Positions 22,291 through 36,900 of a stretch of DNA of 64,000 nucleotides are shown one piece after another. Each line of letters begins with the position of its first letter. Position 1 is the first letter of the stretch. The translations under genes were made by a program, and so were the position numbers. The stretch comes from Nemertoderma westbladi (taxonomy: Eukaryota; Animalia; Xenacoelomorpha): assembly GCA_032718475.1 (NCBI GenBank), contig JAUCBJ010008359.1, positions 1 to 64,000 on the forward strand, given 5' to 3'. The notes below the pieces were generated by a model. That model searched no databases. It saw only the letters and a program-made list of their open reading frames with translations, and had not been told where the DNA came from.

Positions 22291-22600
22291 ACATATCTGA
22301 GCTATTGTTGATCTACTTGGTCGAAATCCGTTTTGGCTCTTACGCAGAAGTTTCTCTATGTGAGGTCTAATTCTATATAGAATCATTTTCTTGTATATTT
22401 TGGCAGCTACCACAATCAGACAGATCCCACGATAGTTTGTTGGTACACCGAGGTCTCCTTTCTTAGGGAAAGGCTTTAGTTGACCTTTAGTCCGAATTGA
22501 TGGTGGCTATTCCTCTTTCAACATCCGGTTGCAAACATCCAATAATGGTCTGGTGTAGCACTGCTGTTTTCCATACCTCTGTAGTGATTTGATAGTAATT
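22291..22600 (-). mobile_element. RTE-like LINE RT fragment, 5' continuation of 8400-9033
   Basis: KKGDLGVPTNYRGICLIVVAAKIYKKMILYRIRPHIEKLLRKSQNGFRPSRSTIAQI lies directly upstream of ALRR..FVDFKKAFDS once the LTR element is removed. Confidence 0.85.
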
Positions 22601-22663
22601 TACGTAGTTTATACAACATTGATTCTGGTAATCTGAAAATTACATATTATTGTATACTGTAGG

Positions 22664-25600
22664 CTAAAAGTTCACACGAAGTCATAACATGATGTTGTAA
22701 ATACAATACAGTAGCCCCCCGCACAATAACCCCTCTGACAGTATCCCCAGGAGATGTAGCCCCAAAACAGCAGCCCCCCACACAGTCCCCCCCCCCCCCC
22801 CCGGACAATGGCCCCCGAAGAGTACCCCCCCCCCCCCCCCCCAAGGAGTATTGTTGTAATTTCTGTAGCAGTGATACGTAGTAACCAAATTAATGTTCAT
22901 TTATTTACTATTTTTTATGTAACTGAAATTCTAGAATTTTGAATATCGGTACCTAATTCCATTGACATTAGGTCAAAAATGTATGAATATATTATTGATG
23001 TAGGCTTAAGCATATTTACAGTACATGTGAGCCTATTACAAAGGATCAAAGGACATGTTTTGATTTCTATAAATAAGTTTCTGGAATTTAGTTTCTTAGA
23101 ACCTAATTTTTGCTATACTCTTTGGTATACATGTTTAGACGTAGACCTACAGTTTCATTTTTTTTCATTCATTCATTAATTTTCATTCATTGATTTTAGT
23201 TGATAAATTTATAATATTTTTTGCGTTTAATCTAGATATTAATTGTTATTATTTCGCAAAGCGTTAAAAGCTCTTCAGTTTGTATGTGGTAGGTTTGTAT
23301 GTCCCGGAAGATACTGTCCGGGGGCCTGCAGTCCAAGTACCTGAACTGGTAAAGATTCTCCGACCAAATAATTTCCCATCCAATAATGTACTGGAGGCCT
23401 ATACAATAAGGTACAGTAGAGAATAGCCAAAGACCCGTCCGAGTAATTGACACATATACTGAAGGCCCTAGCTTTAATACTGTAGTACTAGAGCTACATG
23501 CCAGCCACATGCCTCATCTACATTATGGTACTGTATATGTACTGTACAGGCTACTGTCAGTAGGCCCCATCAATTCCATCCATAGGTGCCAATCAATTCA
23601 ATGCGTGGCCACCAAAAATCAATAAGGGTGTGGTCGGACAGTCCTACTCTCTCCTATTGGATGTTCCTTTATTAAATCGGATTGATTTTAATCGGAATAA
23701 AATATTCTGTATAATGACTAATATACAGTACAAGGTCCCACATATATTACTGGGCTGTTCAATACATTTTAGAAAACAGCTACTCACTGTACATATAGTA
23801 CTACTGTAGCCTACAGTTTAAGTAACATTATAATATAAGTTCAGTAACCTACAGTATACTTAATGTGTTTGAGATACTGTACAGTATGTTTGATTCGTTG
23901 TCAAATTAAAAAGATTTAGTTTTTTTATAATTGTGTATAGCTACAGTACTATATGTATTTATTGAATTTATCTACATTATATAGTAACTAACTACTACTG
24001 TATGTACAACAGATACTAGTAAGTAATTATTTAGTTACTGTAGTTAGTTATAGTAAATAGTTTCTGTACAGAACAGTAGTAAGTAATTATTGCTCGAGTA
24101 AATTATATACAAAATGCGCCGTACTGTAGCCTTCTTACTGTAGAAATAATCCTAACTTTTAAAAATGGTGGCGATTGAAGTCTGTCCCTGAAACGAAAAG
24201 AAATACAGTACAGTACAAGGCCATAATAGGCCAACAGATATAAGAATATGTCGTAATATTTTTAAAGGAAAGCTACACCATCACCGCATACAGTAGGCCA
24301 ACCGCAAATAGATTTGCCATGATTTAATACACCTAGAGACCGGCCTCCCATCCCCGAGGCGTTAGTTTAGTTCGCTCGCGGCAACGTAAATTCACAATAA
24401 AACCTAAAAAAAAACCGGAAACCTTGATTCCGGTACACGCCGTTCAACCTTTTTCTCGATTAACCAAATATTCACAATAGGCCTACCACTAATAATGTCG
24501 TCTTTTTTGTTATTTTCGGGTTTTCTAACTACTGTATGCCCAGTCATGGTACGTACTGTAGTACGTAGTCAAGTCAACCCTTCATATGGTTGAAGGGTTC
24601 CAAAATAACAGTTAAAGTAGAAAGTAGAAAAGATCGATCTAAAAGTTCACACGAAGTCATAACATGATGTTGTAAATACAATACAGTAGCCCCCCGCACA
24701 ATAACCCCTCTGACAGTATCCCCAGGAGATGTAGCCCCAAAACAGCAGCCCCCCACACACCCCCCCCCCCCCCCCCGGACAATGGCCCCCGAAGAGTACC
24801 CCCCCCCCCCCCCCAAGGAGTATTGTTGTAATTTCTGTAGCAGTGATACGTAGTAACCAAATTAATGTTCATTTATTTACTATTTTTTATGTAACTGAAA
24901 TTCTAGAATTTTGAATATCGGTACCTAATTCCATTGACATTAGGTCAAAAATGTATGAATATATTATTGATGTAGGCTTAAGCATATTTACAGTACATGT
25001 GAGCCTATTACAAAGGATCAAAGGACATGTTTTGATTTCTATAAATAAGTTTCTGGAATTTAGTTTCTTAGAACCTAATTTTTGCTATACTCTTTGGTAT
25101 ACATGTTTAGACGTAGACCTACAGTTTCATTTTTTTTCATTCATTCATTAATTTTCATTCATTGATTTTAGTTGATAAATTTATAATATTTTTTGCGTTT
25201 AATCTAGATATTAATTGTTATTATTTCGCAAAGCGTTAAAAGCTCTTCAGTTTGTATGTGGTAGGTTTGTATGTCCCGGAAGATACTGTCCGGGGGCCTG
25301 CAGTCCAAGTACCTGAACTGGTAAAGATTCTCCGACCAAATAATTTCCCATCCAATAATGTACTGGAGGCCTATACAATAAGGTACAGTAGAGAATAGCC
25401 AAAGACCCGTCCGAGTAATTGACACATATACTGAAGGCCCTAGCTTTAATACTGTAGTACTAGAGCTACATGCCAGCCACATGCCTCATCTACATTATGG
25501 TACTGTATATGTACTGTACAGGCTACTGTCAGTAGGCCCCATCAATTCCATCCATAGGTGCCAATCAATTCAATGCGTGGCCACCAAAAATCAATAAGGG

Positions 25601-28566
25601 TGTGGTCGGACAGTCCTACTCTCTCCTATTGGATGTTCCTTTATTAAATCGGATTGATTTTAATCGGAATAAAATATTCTGTATAATGACTAATATACAG
25701 TACAAGGTCCCACATATATTACTGGGCTGTTCAATACATTTTAGAAAACAGCTACTCACTGTACATATAGTACTACTGTAGCCTACAGTTTAAGTAACAT
25801 TATAATATAAGTTCAGTAACCTACAGTATACTTAATGTGTTTGAGATACTGTACAGTATGTTTGATTCGTTGTCAAATTAAAAAGATTTAGTTTTTTTAT
25901 AATTGTGTATAGCTACAGTACTATATGTATTTATTGAATTTATCTACATTATATAGTAACTAACTACTACTGTATGTACAACAGATACTAGTAAGTAATT
26001 ATTTAGTTACTGTAGTTAGTTATAGTAAATAGTTTCTGTACAGAACAGTAGTAAGTAATTATTGCTCGAGTAAATTATATACAAAATGCGCCGTACTGTA
26101 GCCTTCTTACTGTAGAAATAATCCTAACTTTTAAAAATGGTGGCGATTGAAGTCTGTCCCTGAAACGAAAAGAAATACAGTACAGTACAAGGCCATAATA
26201 GGCCAACAGATATAAGAATATGTCGTAATATTTTTAAAGGAAAGCTACACCATCACCGCATACAGTAGGCCAACCGCAAATAGATTTGCCATGATTTAAT
26301 ACACCTAGAGACCGGCCTCCCATCCCCCGAGGCGTTAGTTTAGTTCGCTCGCGGCAACGTAAATTCACAATAAAACCTAAAAAAAAACCGGAAACCTTGA
26401 TTCCGGTACACGCCGTTCAACCTTTTTCTCGATTAACCAAATATTCACAATAGGCCTACCACTAATAATGTCGTCTTTTTTGTTATTTTCGGGTTTTCTA
26501 ACTACTGTATGCCCAGTCATGGTACGTACTGTAGTACGTAGTCAAGTCAACCCTTCATATGGTTGAAGGGTTCCAAAATAACAGTTAAAGTAGAAAGTAG
26601 AAAAGATCGATCTAAAAGTTCACACGAAGTCATAACATTATGTTGTAAATACAATACAGTAGCCCCCCGCACAATAACCCCTCTGACAGTATCCCCAGGA
26701 GAGTAGCCCAAAAACAGCAGCCCCCCACACAGTACCCCCCCCCCCCCGGACAATGGCCCCCGAAGAGTACCCCCCCCCCCCCCCCCCCCCCAAGGAGTAT
26801 TGTTGTAATTTCTGTAGCAGTGATACGTAGTAACCAAATTAATGTTCATTTATTTACTATTTTTTATGTAACTGAAATTCTAGAATTTTGAATATCGGTA
26901 CCTAATTCCATTGACATTAGGTCAAAAATGTATGAATATATTATTGATGTAGGCTTAAGCATATTTACATGTGAGCCTATTACAAAGGATCAAAGGACAT
27001 GTTTTGATTTATATAAATAAGTTTCTGGAATTTAGTTTCTTAGAACCTAATTTTTGCTATACTCTTTGGTATACATGTTTAGACGTAGACCTACAGTTTC
27101 ATTTTTTTTCATTCATTCATTAATTTTCATTCATTGATTTTAGTTGATAAATTTATAATATTTTTTGCGTTTAATCTAGATATTAATTGTTATTATTTCG
27201 CAAAGCGTTAAAAGCTCTTCAGTTTGTATGTGGTAGGTTTGTATGTCCCGGAAGATACTGTCCGGGGGCCTGCAGTCCAAGTACCTGAACTGGTAAAGAT
27301 TCTCCGACCAAATAATTTCCCATCCAATAATGTACTGGAGGCCTATACAATAAGGTACAGTAGAGAATAGCCAAAGACCCGTCCGAGTAATTGACACATA
27401 TACTGAAGGCCCTAGCTTTAATACTGTAGTACTAGAGCTACATGCCAGCCACATGCCTCATCTACATTATGGTACTGTATATGTACTGTACAGGCTACTG
27501 TCAGTAGGCCCCATCAATTCCATCCATAGGTGCCAATCAATTCAATGCGTGGCCACCAAAAATCAATAAGGGTGTGGTCGGACAGTCCTACTCTCTCCTA
27601 TTGGATGTTCCTTTATTAAATCGGATTGATTTTAATCGGAATAAAATATTCTGTATAATGACTAATATACAGTACAAGGTCCCACATATATTACTGGGCT
27701 GTTCAATACATTTTAGAAAACAGCTACTCACTGTACATATAGTACTACTGTAGCCTACAGTTTAAGTAACATTATAATATAAGTTCAGTAACCTACAGTA
27801 TACTTAATGTGTTTGAGATACTGTACAGTATGTTTGATTCGTTGTCAAATTAAAAAGATTTAGTTTTTTTATAATTGTGTATAGCTACAGTACTATATGT
27901 ATTTATTGAATTTATCTACATTATATAGTAACTAACTACTACTGTATGTACAACAGATACTAGTAAGTAATTATTTAGTTACTGTAGTTAGTTATAGTAA
28001 ATAGTTTCTGTACAGAACAGTAGTAAGTAATTATTGCTCGAGTAAATTATATACAAAATGCGCCGTACTGTAGCCTTCTTACTGTAGAAATAATCCTAAC
28101 TTTTAAAAATGGTGGCGATTGAAGTCTGTCCCTGAAACGAAAAGAAATACAGTACAGTACAAGGCCATAATAGGCCAACAGATATAAGAATATGTCGTAA
28201 TATTTTTAAAGGAAAGCTACACCATCACCGCATACAGTAGGCCAACCGCAAATAGATTTGCCATGATTTAATACACCTAGAGACCGGCCTCCCATCCCCC
28301 GAGGCGTTAGTTTAGTTCGCTCGCGGCAACGTAAATTCACAATAAAACCTAAAAAAAAACCGGAAACCTTGATTCCGGTACACGCCGTTCAACCTTTTTC
28401 TCGATTAACCAAATATTCACAATAGGCCTACCACTAATAATGTCGTCTTTTTTGTTATTTTCGGGTTTTCTAACTACTGTATGCCCAGTCATGGTACGTA
28501 CTGTAGTACGTAGTCAAGTCAACCCTTCATATGGTTGAAGGGTTCCAAAATAACAGTTAAAGTAGA
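22664..28566. repeat. Tandem array of three near-identical units of about 1972 bp
   Basis: Identical ORF calls at 1972-bp spacing (22979/24951; 23232/25204/27176). The units differ by small indels. No credible coding content. Confidence 0.95.
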
Positions 28567-28967
28567 TGTGATTTATTCCATATATATTATTCCAAGCCAT
28601 TTAATTAAAGTATTCAGGCATACAACTAACATGTTAATTTTAAATGAATAATAATAATTAATCTGTATATTTCTGAATTGTTACCACTGTGGATTACTTC
28701 AATCAAATAGGCCTAATGCATTTTAAAAGTTATATTTTAGTTCTACTATTCGGAGTAGGTAAGTTGATAAATTAATTAATTTATAATTATTTTTCTAATG
28801 AATTAATAATTGCCCTTAGTTACGGTAAGGTACAGTAGCTGACGGTAATTTAAAAGGACTCTAACTGCAATAATTACCGGTGCTAATAAATTTTAAATAA
28901 TTGATAGGCCAAACTGGATTGTGGAAAATGTGGATATACATTTCACATAATTTATCATGGTTTTATG

Positions 28968-29142
28968 TAATGGATCATGACTACTGTCTGTGTAGTGTTA
29001 CGAATAGTTTTATAATGGATCATGACTACTGTCTGTGTAGTGTTACGGATAGTTTTATAATGGATCATGACTACTGTCTGTGTAGTGTTACGGATAGTTT
29101 TATAATGGATCATGACTACTGTCTGTGTAGTGTTACGGATAG
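28968..29142. repeat. 45-bp minisatellite, 4 copies
   Basis: TAATGGATCATGACTACTGTCTGTGTAGTGTTACGGATAGTTTTA repeated. Confidence 0.95.
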
Positions 29143-29367
29143 CGGGACCACTACTTCCAACAGCACAGTTCATAAACTCATACGTACTCGAAAAACTACT
29201 TATACATGTTATACCCCGTTACCGTTTGATACCGGTAATCACAGTGATAGCGAAAACAACGACCCGTTTTTAGCCCAAAGGATCGGACGGCCAAGAGGTT
29301 CCTCCAATAAAGGAAATATACGGATTCGTACATTCTTAGACGTTTCCCAAGGCAAGCATTATCTGGA

Positions 29368-30030
29368 GAATCCCGCCTCTGTAACCTGCTCCTTTCCCTC
29401 AATTAGTTAAGTGATCGTTTATTGTTTTGGTTAGGAAATCCCGCCTCTGTAACCTGCTCCTTTCCCTGAATCGGTAAAGTGACCATTTATTGTTTTGGTT
29501 AGAAAGGCCCGCCTCTGTAACCTGCTCCTTTCCTTCATTTAGTAAAGTGACTGTTTATTGTTTTGGTTAGAAAATCCCGCCTCTGTAACTTGCTCCTTTT
29601 CCTGAATTGGTAAAGTGACCATTTATTGTTTTGGTTAGAAAGGCCCGACTCTGTAACCTGCTCCTATCCTTCATTTAGTAAAGTGACTGTTTATTGTTTT
29701 GGTTAGAAAATTCCGCCTCTGTAACCTGCTCCTTTCTCTCAATTGGTAATGTTATTGTTAATTGTTTTGGTTTGAAAAGACCATCTATGTAACCTGCTCC
29801 TTTCCTTCATTTGGTAAAGTGATTGTTTATTGTTTTGGTTAGTAAATCCCGCCTCTGTAACCTGCTCCTTTCCCTGATTTGGTAAAGTGACCGTTTATTG
29901 TTTTGGTTAGAAAGGCTAGCCTCTGTAACCTGCTCCTTTCCTTCATTTGGTAAAGTGACTGTTTATGGTTTTGGTTAGAAAATCCGGCCTTAACCTGCTC
30001 CTTTCCATCAATTGGTAATTGTTTTTGGCT
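29368..30030. repeat. About 70-bp minisatellite, 9-10 diverged copies
   Basis: Core TTTATTGTTTTGGTTAG...CCCGCCTCTGTAACCTGCTCCTTT. Related single units occur near 37690-37760 (reverse) and 63465-63525. Confidence 0.9.
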
Positions 30031-30939
30031 ATAAAATGAGTGTTTTGCTACGTCATGTGGTAATCGATTATCGACAACAACCACAAACTATTAAATTTCG
30101 AGTCTTTTACCACAGGCGCATATGGAAATCTATCTCATAGTCTATAAATCATGGAATTTTGAATGTTTTGGCACAGGCATAGTGAAACCAACTGTCCGAC
30201 AGACCAGAAATCAACAAATTTTGAATGTTTTGGCATAGGCATGTTGAAATCAACTATCTGACAGTCCAGAAATCAGCAGTCTGACAGTTTGAAGAAATAC
30301 ATACATAAAAAGTCATTAAAGGGACAACAAAAGTCATTATGCACAATTCGTAAAAAAAGGAGGACAAAAAAGTCAAATAAAAGGACATAAAAAAAATCAC
30401 TGCCCTATATAACTAGCCATAGTATAATTAGAATTGTTCGCTAAGATGGCTTGCAGCTTTTGCTGCGCGAAGGCCCCACTCGTGTTTCTGTTGCATACCA
30501 ACCTTACAGTATACACAAAGAAGAGTAGTACGAACCCATGGTCGCGATGTAATGCCAACTTAAATGGTCTACAGTATAACAGATTAGGCCTACTGTAAAA
30601 TACTATGATTTAATTAATATGAAATATTACAGTTAAAAACATTGATCATAAAATTTTGTTCATAAAGTTTTAGTAGTTTTTATTCCTTAAATTTTTATTG
30701 TTACTTACTGTAGGCCCTACTGTATATAATACTGTAGTAATAATTAATTAGTAACTACTTATTAATTAACAACCATCATAAGATTATTCATTTGAATGTA
30801 TTCATACTGTATGTATGTATGTATTATACAGTATATTCCCATATTAATAATTAATTTATTTAATACTCTATCATACTGTATTTATTTACAGTATAAGGGT
30901 AAATTTTTTTAGATAAACTTAATTTTACCCTAATTCTAG

Positions 30940-33900
30940 TTTGCGTTGGCGCGAGGGTAGAAGTTGAGACTTTTAGGAGATGGTTTTTCGACGAGGCAAC
31001 GTGTGATGTACCTGGAGAAAAACCTTATGTACCAGAAAGAGCTAAAACCAGCCAATATTGCCCTTTACTCTACTCACTAAATATTCAACTCTGTTTCGAT
31101 ACCAAGGTAAGTCGATAAAATATTATGTAAAAATATACATCAACCTACAGTACAGTAAGGTAAAATATACTAAAGTAATAAAAAATACTGTAAAGCAAAA
31201 TAAAATCAAAATACCTAGACCGATTGTCACTGATCAATGTCAATGAAATTGGCTTTCGTTTTAAGGAAGATTTATTTTAATACGTTTAATAGACATGGGG
31301 CCTACATTATAAGATAATTATTTTAAATTTATAATTTAATTTTCTGTAGGGTGGTCCAAAACATTTACATTGCAATGACAATTCATACGTGTTGGCCATT
31401 GGTAAGGCCGTGCTGCGGTCCACGAAGTCTGGGTATCTAGGTAACGGATGCCCCTGGGAGACGTCAATGAAGGTCATTCCCGATTATGACGTCACAGAAG
31501 CTGTCCGAAAACAGTTTAGTATAAAATTTAATATAAAATAAAGAGTGGAATATTAACGGAAACCACATTAATAACAACGGAAATCACAGTGATAAGTAAT
31601 ATTTCGTCTAGGCGAATTGACATTATTAAATTGAGGCACTATATTAATAAATATATTAATTCTATACTAACTATATTAATTAATATACGTATACATTCGC
31701 GCTGAAACATTTACCAGACAGACGGACAGTCGGGCGGAGGAACAGACAGACAGACAAACAGACAGACAGAAAAACAGACAGACAGACGGACATGCCCCAT
31801 TTACCCTATATAAACGGTATACCGACGCTCGCTGACTACGGGTCTCGCCTCACAGTATGCGGTACTCTTACTACTGTAATGTACTCTACAGTACCATTTT
31901 AATTATCCATTCCCCTGGATACAAATGTACCAACTTGTATCCATGTCTTCCCCATTGCACAAAATGTAGACCTGTACCTATTTGAAAATCCAAACTACCC
32001 TTAAAGCCAGACATTATTGCACTTGGATACACCCGGAGTTAATGTTTTCTTACAACTCACAGGTTCAATGACTTTGAACCTACCGCGTATAGGCTCCCTT
32101 TGGGTTGATTGACAGTAGTACAACTTAACAACAGGTGGTTTGCGGGGCCTTTTTTTTTTTACATACACTCCATTCTAAGCAGCAGTCAAACTCCGAACTA
32201 CCAACAGCAGCCAGGAATACAATGAGAGTTATACCCAGCCAATAGCCAACACTGCCCACCCTGCCCCCATAGTGTGTATACCTGTTCAGAGGCGCTTTCT
32301 TTTATTACAGTATATGGAATAGGAGGCCTTAACCCACCACATTACGTTAACTAACTTGATCACGTATTTTCATGTGGACGCAAATATCTTCAAATTTCCT
32401 AACTGTACTATGTAACTGTACTATAATACGGTAGTGGTATCGCTGACGTTAGTCGACTGGCCCTACTACTGTCTACTGTATTGTAGGGTGTATACCTACG
32501 TTGTGTGGGTCAGAATAATAATATTGCATATTCATTCATGTATTTAACATCAACAGCTGTTCCGGAAAGTACGAATGTTTGTTCCCAAAAGAAGAGATCG
32601 ATGTTCTAGAGAAAGTTTCCTTTAGTTGTAAAGATAGCGCCAGATTCCTGGATATTCACTACATGTGTTACCCTCCAGGTAATGTTTCCCTAGGTACATA
32701 CAGTAATATTAGTCAACAGGCAATAATGTTACTCACCAGGTATACCTAAACGTAACCACCGTCGTACAGTAGGCCCCCCACTACTGTAGTACGTTTAAGT
32801 GGTAATACAGTAATAAGTAATCATACTTTTAAAAGTTGTATCACGGGCTTCATATTGTAATTTGCAATTTCAAGCAGAGCCCCCACCACTAATGTACAGT
32901 ATCTTACAGAGATGCTCTATTACAGTGCACACTGTGCTGCATGCCTACACACGCTGCCACGAGAAACTACCGTATAGTACTGTACAGGCCTACATAACAG
33001 TACAGTACATACTTATGTTTAAACGGGATCAGACTTTTTGGGATTTCCGGTATCAGGATTGGAACAGGGATTATCACTCACGGGATTCCGTATTTCGGGG
33101 TCGGGATTGCAATTTTCAGTTAAAATTCCTAAAAGTGTTCAGTATATGTGTGGCAGTTGTAAGTATGATAGGCCCTACAGGTTTTTGAAAATTTTATATA
33201 TGTTTATTTCATTACTGAAATACGGTATTAGTAAGATAAAATTATATTAAAATTAATTGTTAGCTCTACTGGATGGTTTACAGACATATTAATTGGATAT
33301 AATCGATACATTTCTGTTCTGGTGCAACTATTAATTGGATATTCAAGACATTACTGTATTATACTATTCAAACTTCGGGATCCCGTTCCAAAATATGTCG
33401 GGATCGGCATCGGCATCGGGGCCGGGATTGCTTTTTTGCCGGGATCCCGATTTTTCGGGATCGGGATCGTGTTTAAACACTAGAACTGTACTACTGTACT
33501 TCAACTACAGTACTACAGTACTAGGCCAACTACTACAGTACTTTGGGCTCCCTCAAGTGATTCTGACAGTATACCAGTGCAGTACCGGTATACCAGTAAC
33601 TGTGCTGTAGCATAATGTAGTAGATCTTCCTATTTTTATACATAGGCCTAATGTATCATCTTCTTGCTTGACTTTTGATCAACAGATCTGTACTTCCAAA
33701 TCATTATTAAATTTTCCCAAATTGACAGGAGTTGATGGGGTATATGAAGACCAAATTATTTGCAACGACAATTTCCAACAATTGAAATGCGACACACCCG
33801 GAGAAATGCCTATCGTTCTAGAAGCCTCTTATGGGGTTAATCAGGAGGATATTGATAAAGGTCATTGTGGGACCGCGTCTGGTACGTTTTGTTTGGAGGA

Positions 33901-36900
33901 TGGGTCATGGGATGCCGTATTGGCACAATGTCCAGGACCGCAATTGGATTGCGTAGTCGAGGTTAGATATTCACATTCACGATTGAAAACATTCGAAAGC
34001 CAATAGGCCCTATTAATTATAATATAGGCTCATTCCATGAAAAGGTCAACCTCCCCACTAATTTCTAAAAATGAGATGTAGCTTTGAATTTATACTTATT
34101 TTAGGTCAAAATTTATCGTACTTCATGAATTCAGTGCTAAAAATTGTATCAACACAGGTGGTTTCTCAAAAATAGTCGAATTACAAATTATGCACCTGCT
34201 CTGCATAAAATGTGAATAAAAGTGTGCAAAAGTTTCGTTTCCTGTAGGCACTTCCTATGACCAATAAATTAACATTTCTGAGCATGTACCAAATCAAAAA
34301 CAAACCCATTTTCGAATTTTTTTGGTTTCATTTAATTTCACCAGTGTTTCATTCCTCTGTAATGAAATCGATGAAGTTAATCTTGTGATGTCCCATACTT
34401 TACCTAAAATAGTGAAATTTTTTAGTTTATTCACAGAGATGTAACTCAGCCTATTCACCCAGTGGAATGCAAAGCACGTTTGTGTTGCGTCATCGTATAA
34501 AACAATTAGTTTCATCTTCACTCCCTCAGAAATATCATGGCGGCCAATTGAAAATTGTCCCATACTTTACCATTAAAATGGCGATTATATTAGTGCACTA
34601 TATTAATGTAATATGTGAAGCCGGGAGTGTTATAATACTCTAAGGCCATAGTAGGCCGTAAGAATATGAGTCTATATTTGAACTGAGAATCATTCCTCAG
34701 TCAAGAAATCTTTGGGTTTATGCATGTAAAGTCCCATACTTTACCAAAAAATAGTGAAATTTTTAATTTATACACAGAGAAGTAGTCTAACTAAGCCCAA
34801 TCACCAAGTGGAATGCAAAGCACGTTTGTGTTGCGTCATCTTACGAAACAATTACCTGTAGTTTCATAATCTACTCCCTCAGAAACATCATGACGGCCAA
34901 TTGAAAATTGTACCATACTTTACCATTATAATGGCGATTACATTAGTGCACTGTAATATATGAAACCTGGAGGGCAGGAGTGTTATGATGCTTCAGGGGG
35001 GGGGGGGGGGGGGGGGGTAGGGGGAAGCATAGAAGTATGTATTTGAACTAAGAATCATTCCTCAGTTAACTAATCTTTGAGTTTATGCATGTAAAGTCCC
35101 GTACTTTACAACAAATTTCAAAAAATTTGTTTTTTAGCAGATAAGAAGATCGGTAAGTACAGTAAGTAATTGATACATTTTCAGAAAAATGGAAAGAATT
35201 TCTAAACTTTTTACAGACTACATGTGTACCAAGTTTGGTTATATTTCATCAATGATTGGCGGACTTATTTCAGTTTTTATCAAAATTTTGAAACTATCGG
35301 TACCAACAGACAGACTGTCTGATATGTGACCTTTGATTCCTTAAACTTCAGATTCTTTCCAAACTTTTGACAGACTTCATACGTACCAGATTTCGTTTAA
35401 TTTCATCTAAAAATGACCGAGATATACAGTATTAGCGATCAAAAATTAGACAGATGACATACAACTCCTCAAGGGCACCCATATGCTAAGACTTCGGGTC
35501 AATTTGTGGGCCGCCCCACATTATGTATCCATATCTTGGTTGGAAATACTTAGTTGCACTTTATTATCACTAATTATCCAGAAATTACTGTTATGTTGAG
35601 TTTTAGAGACAATTTTGACCATAAAATTCGTACAGGTCCCGTACTTTACTTAACAATGTCCCATACTTTACCACACAAACCGCACTGTAAAAAATTAGCA
35701 ATGCAGCAATTCGTCTTATATTTATATTTTTATTTAAGCTTAATAATACAGCTTTATCCTAAACATCAACTCAACACCGTACCTGCGCACAATTCGCTAA
35801 ATTTTAGAATTGAAATCATAAAATAAAAAAAACCATTTCGTACGAATCCGCACTTTACCTTAATTGGACAAGCTGGCGTTTTCTCAAAAGTGACTAAGTC
35901 CCGTCATAAGCTTCGCGAAATCAAAGCTGGTATTCGAAAGTTTAATCCAAGCACAATTTTGTGCACATATGTGCTGTGGATAACATTGTACAGGCAATCA
36001 AAGTTCAAAATTGTGTACGAATGTCCCGTAATTTACTTTGTAATGAGCCTATACTGTATAAACAGTAGTCATTGTAATGTCCCTTAGTAAACGATGCATT
36101 AAATTTGGTTACGCCACCAAAAAAAATTTGATCATCATCAAATTACTTTCCAACAGAAATAAAACTTACAAATAACTATTATCGATATAAGATAATTACT
36201 GTAATCTCCCATGTTATATTTATCAATAACAATTCATTGTAAATAACAATAACAATAACCTGCACAGAATATTAATGAAATATGGCCAATAAGTGGAGGA
36301 AAGACAGAAGACAAACATATACAGTATAGCTATAGTAAAATAGTGTTGATAACCCAGCAAACTGTACAACCTGAAAACGCAAACTATTCAATACCAGCTG
36401 CAGGAAGTGTCTAGTTCTCGAGTGTAAATTTACTGTAATCTCTGCCACTAATTTTCAATTATTTATTGATTGAATATTAGTGGTAGATTACAGTAGCATT
36501 ATCCTACTGTATAACGGTAATTAATTAATTACGAATTTTGTTAACTGTTGCGTGGTAACGAAATTCCATAAGTCATGTCCAAAATGTTTTGTGATAGTAA
36601 AAGAACGACCTAACGAAAAAAAAGTTAATATACAGTAATTAATGAAAAAAAATATTTTTTCTAGAATAAATATTCCTCATTGAATGGACAGACTAGGAAA
36701 TGCGACTTAGCACCAAAAGATGGTGTACTCCATCTATATTGGATGTGCACAGACCGTAATGCTATTTGTCAGCTACCGGACCCATGTAGCCACTCGCATT
36801 GCGGAGACCACGGTGTGTGTGTACCCAGTCTAGACTTCCAGTCCTATTCCTGTGACTGCACCGACGAATTTACTGGGGAACATTGTGAAGAGAAACCTGT

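Noticed and set aside
22647-27454. Short ORFs repeated in the 1972-bp units
   Set aside because: Driven by poly-C tracts and AT-rich sequence; the frames change between copies.
28901-30030. CRISPR-like arrays, or a real 169-aa ORF
   Set aside because: Whole-unit tandem repeats without unique spacers, in eukaryotic context. The ORF is a translation of the 45-bp repeat.
30446-30520. Candidate first exon (ATGGCTTGCAGC...) of the mosaic gene
   Set aside because: Weak signal-peptide character and no convincing phase-1 donor.
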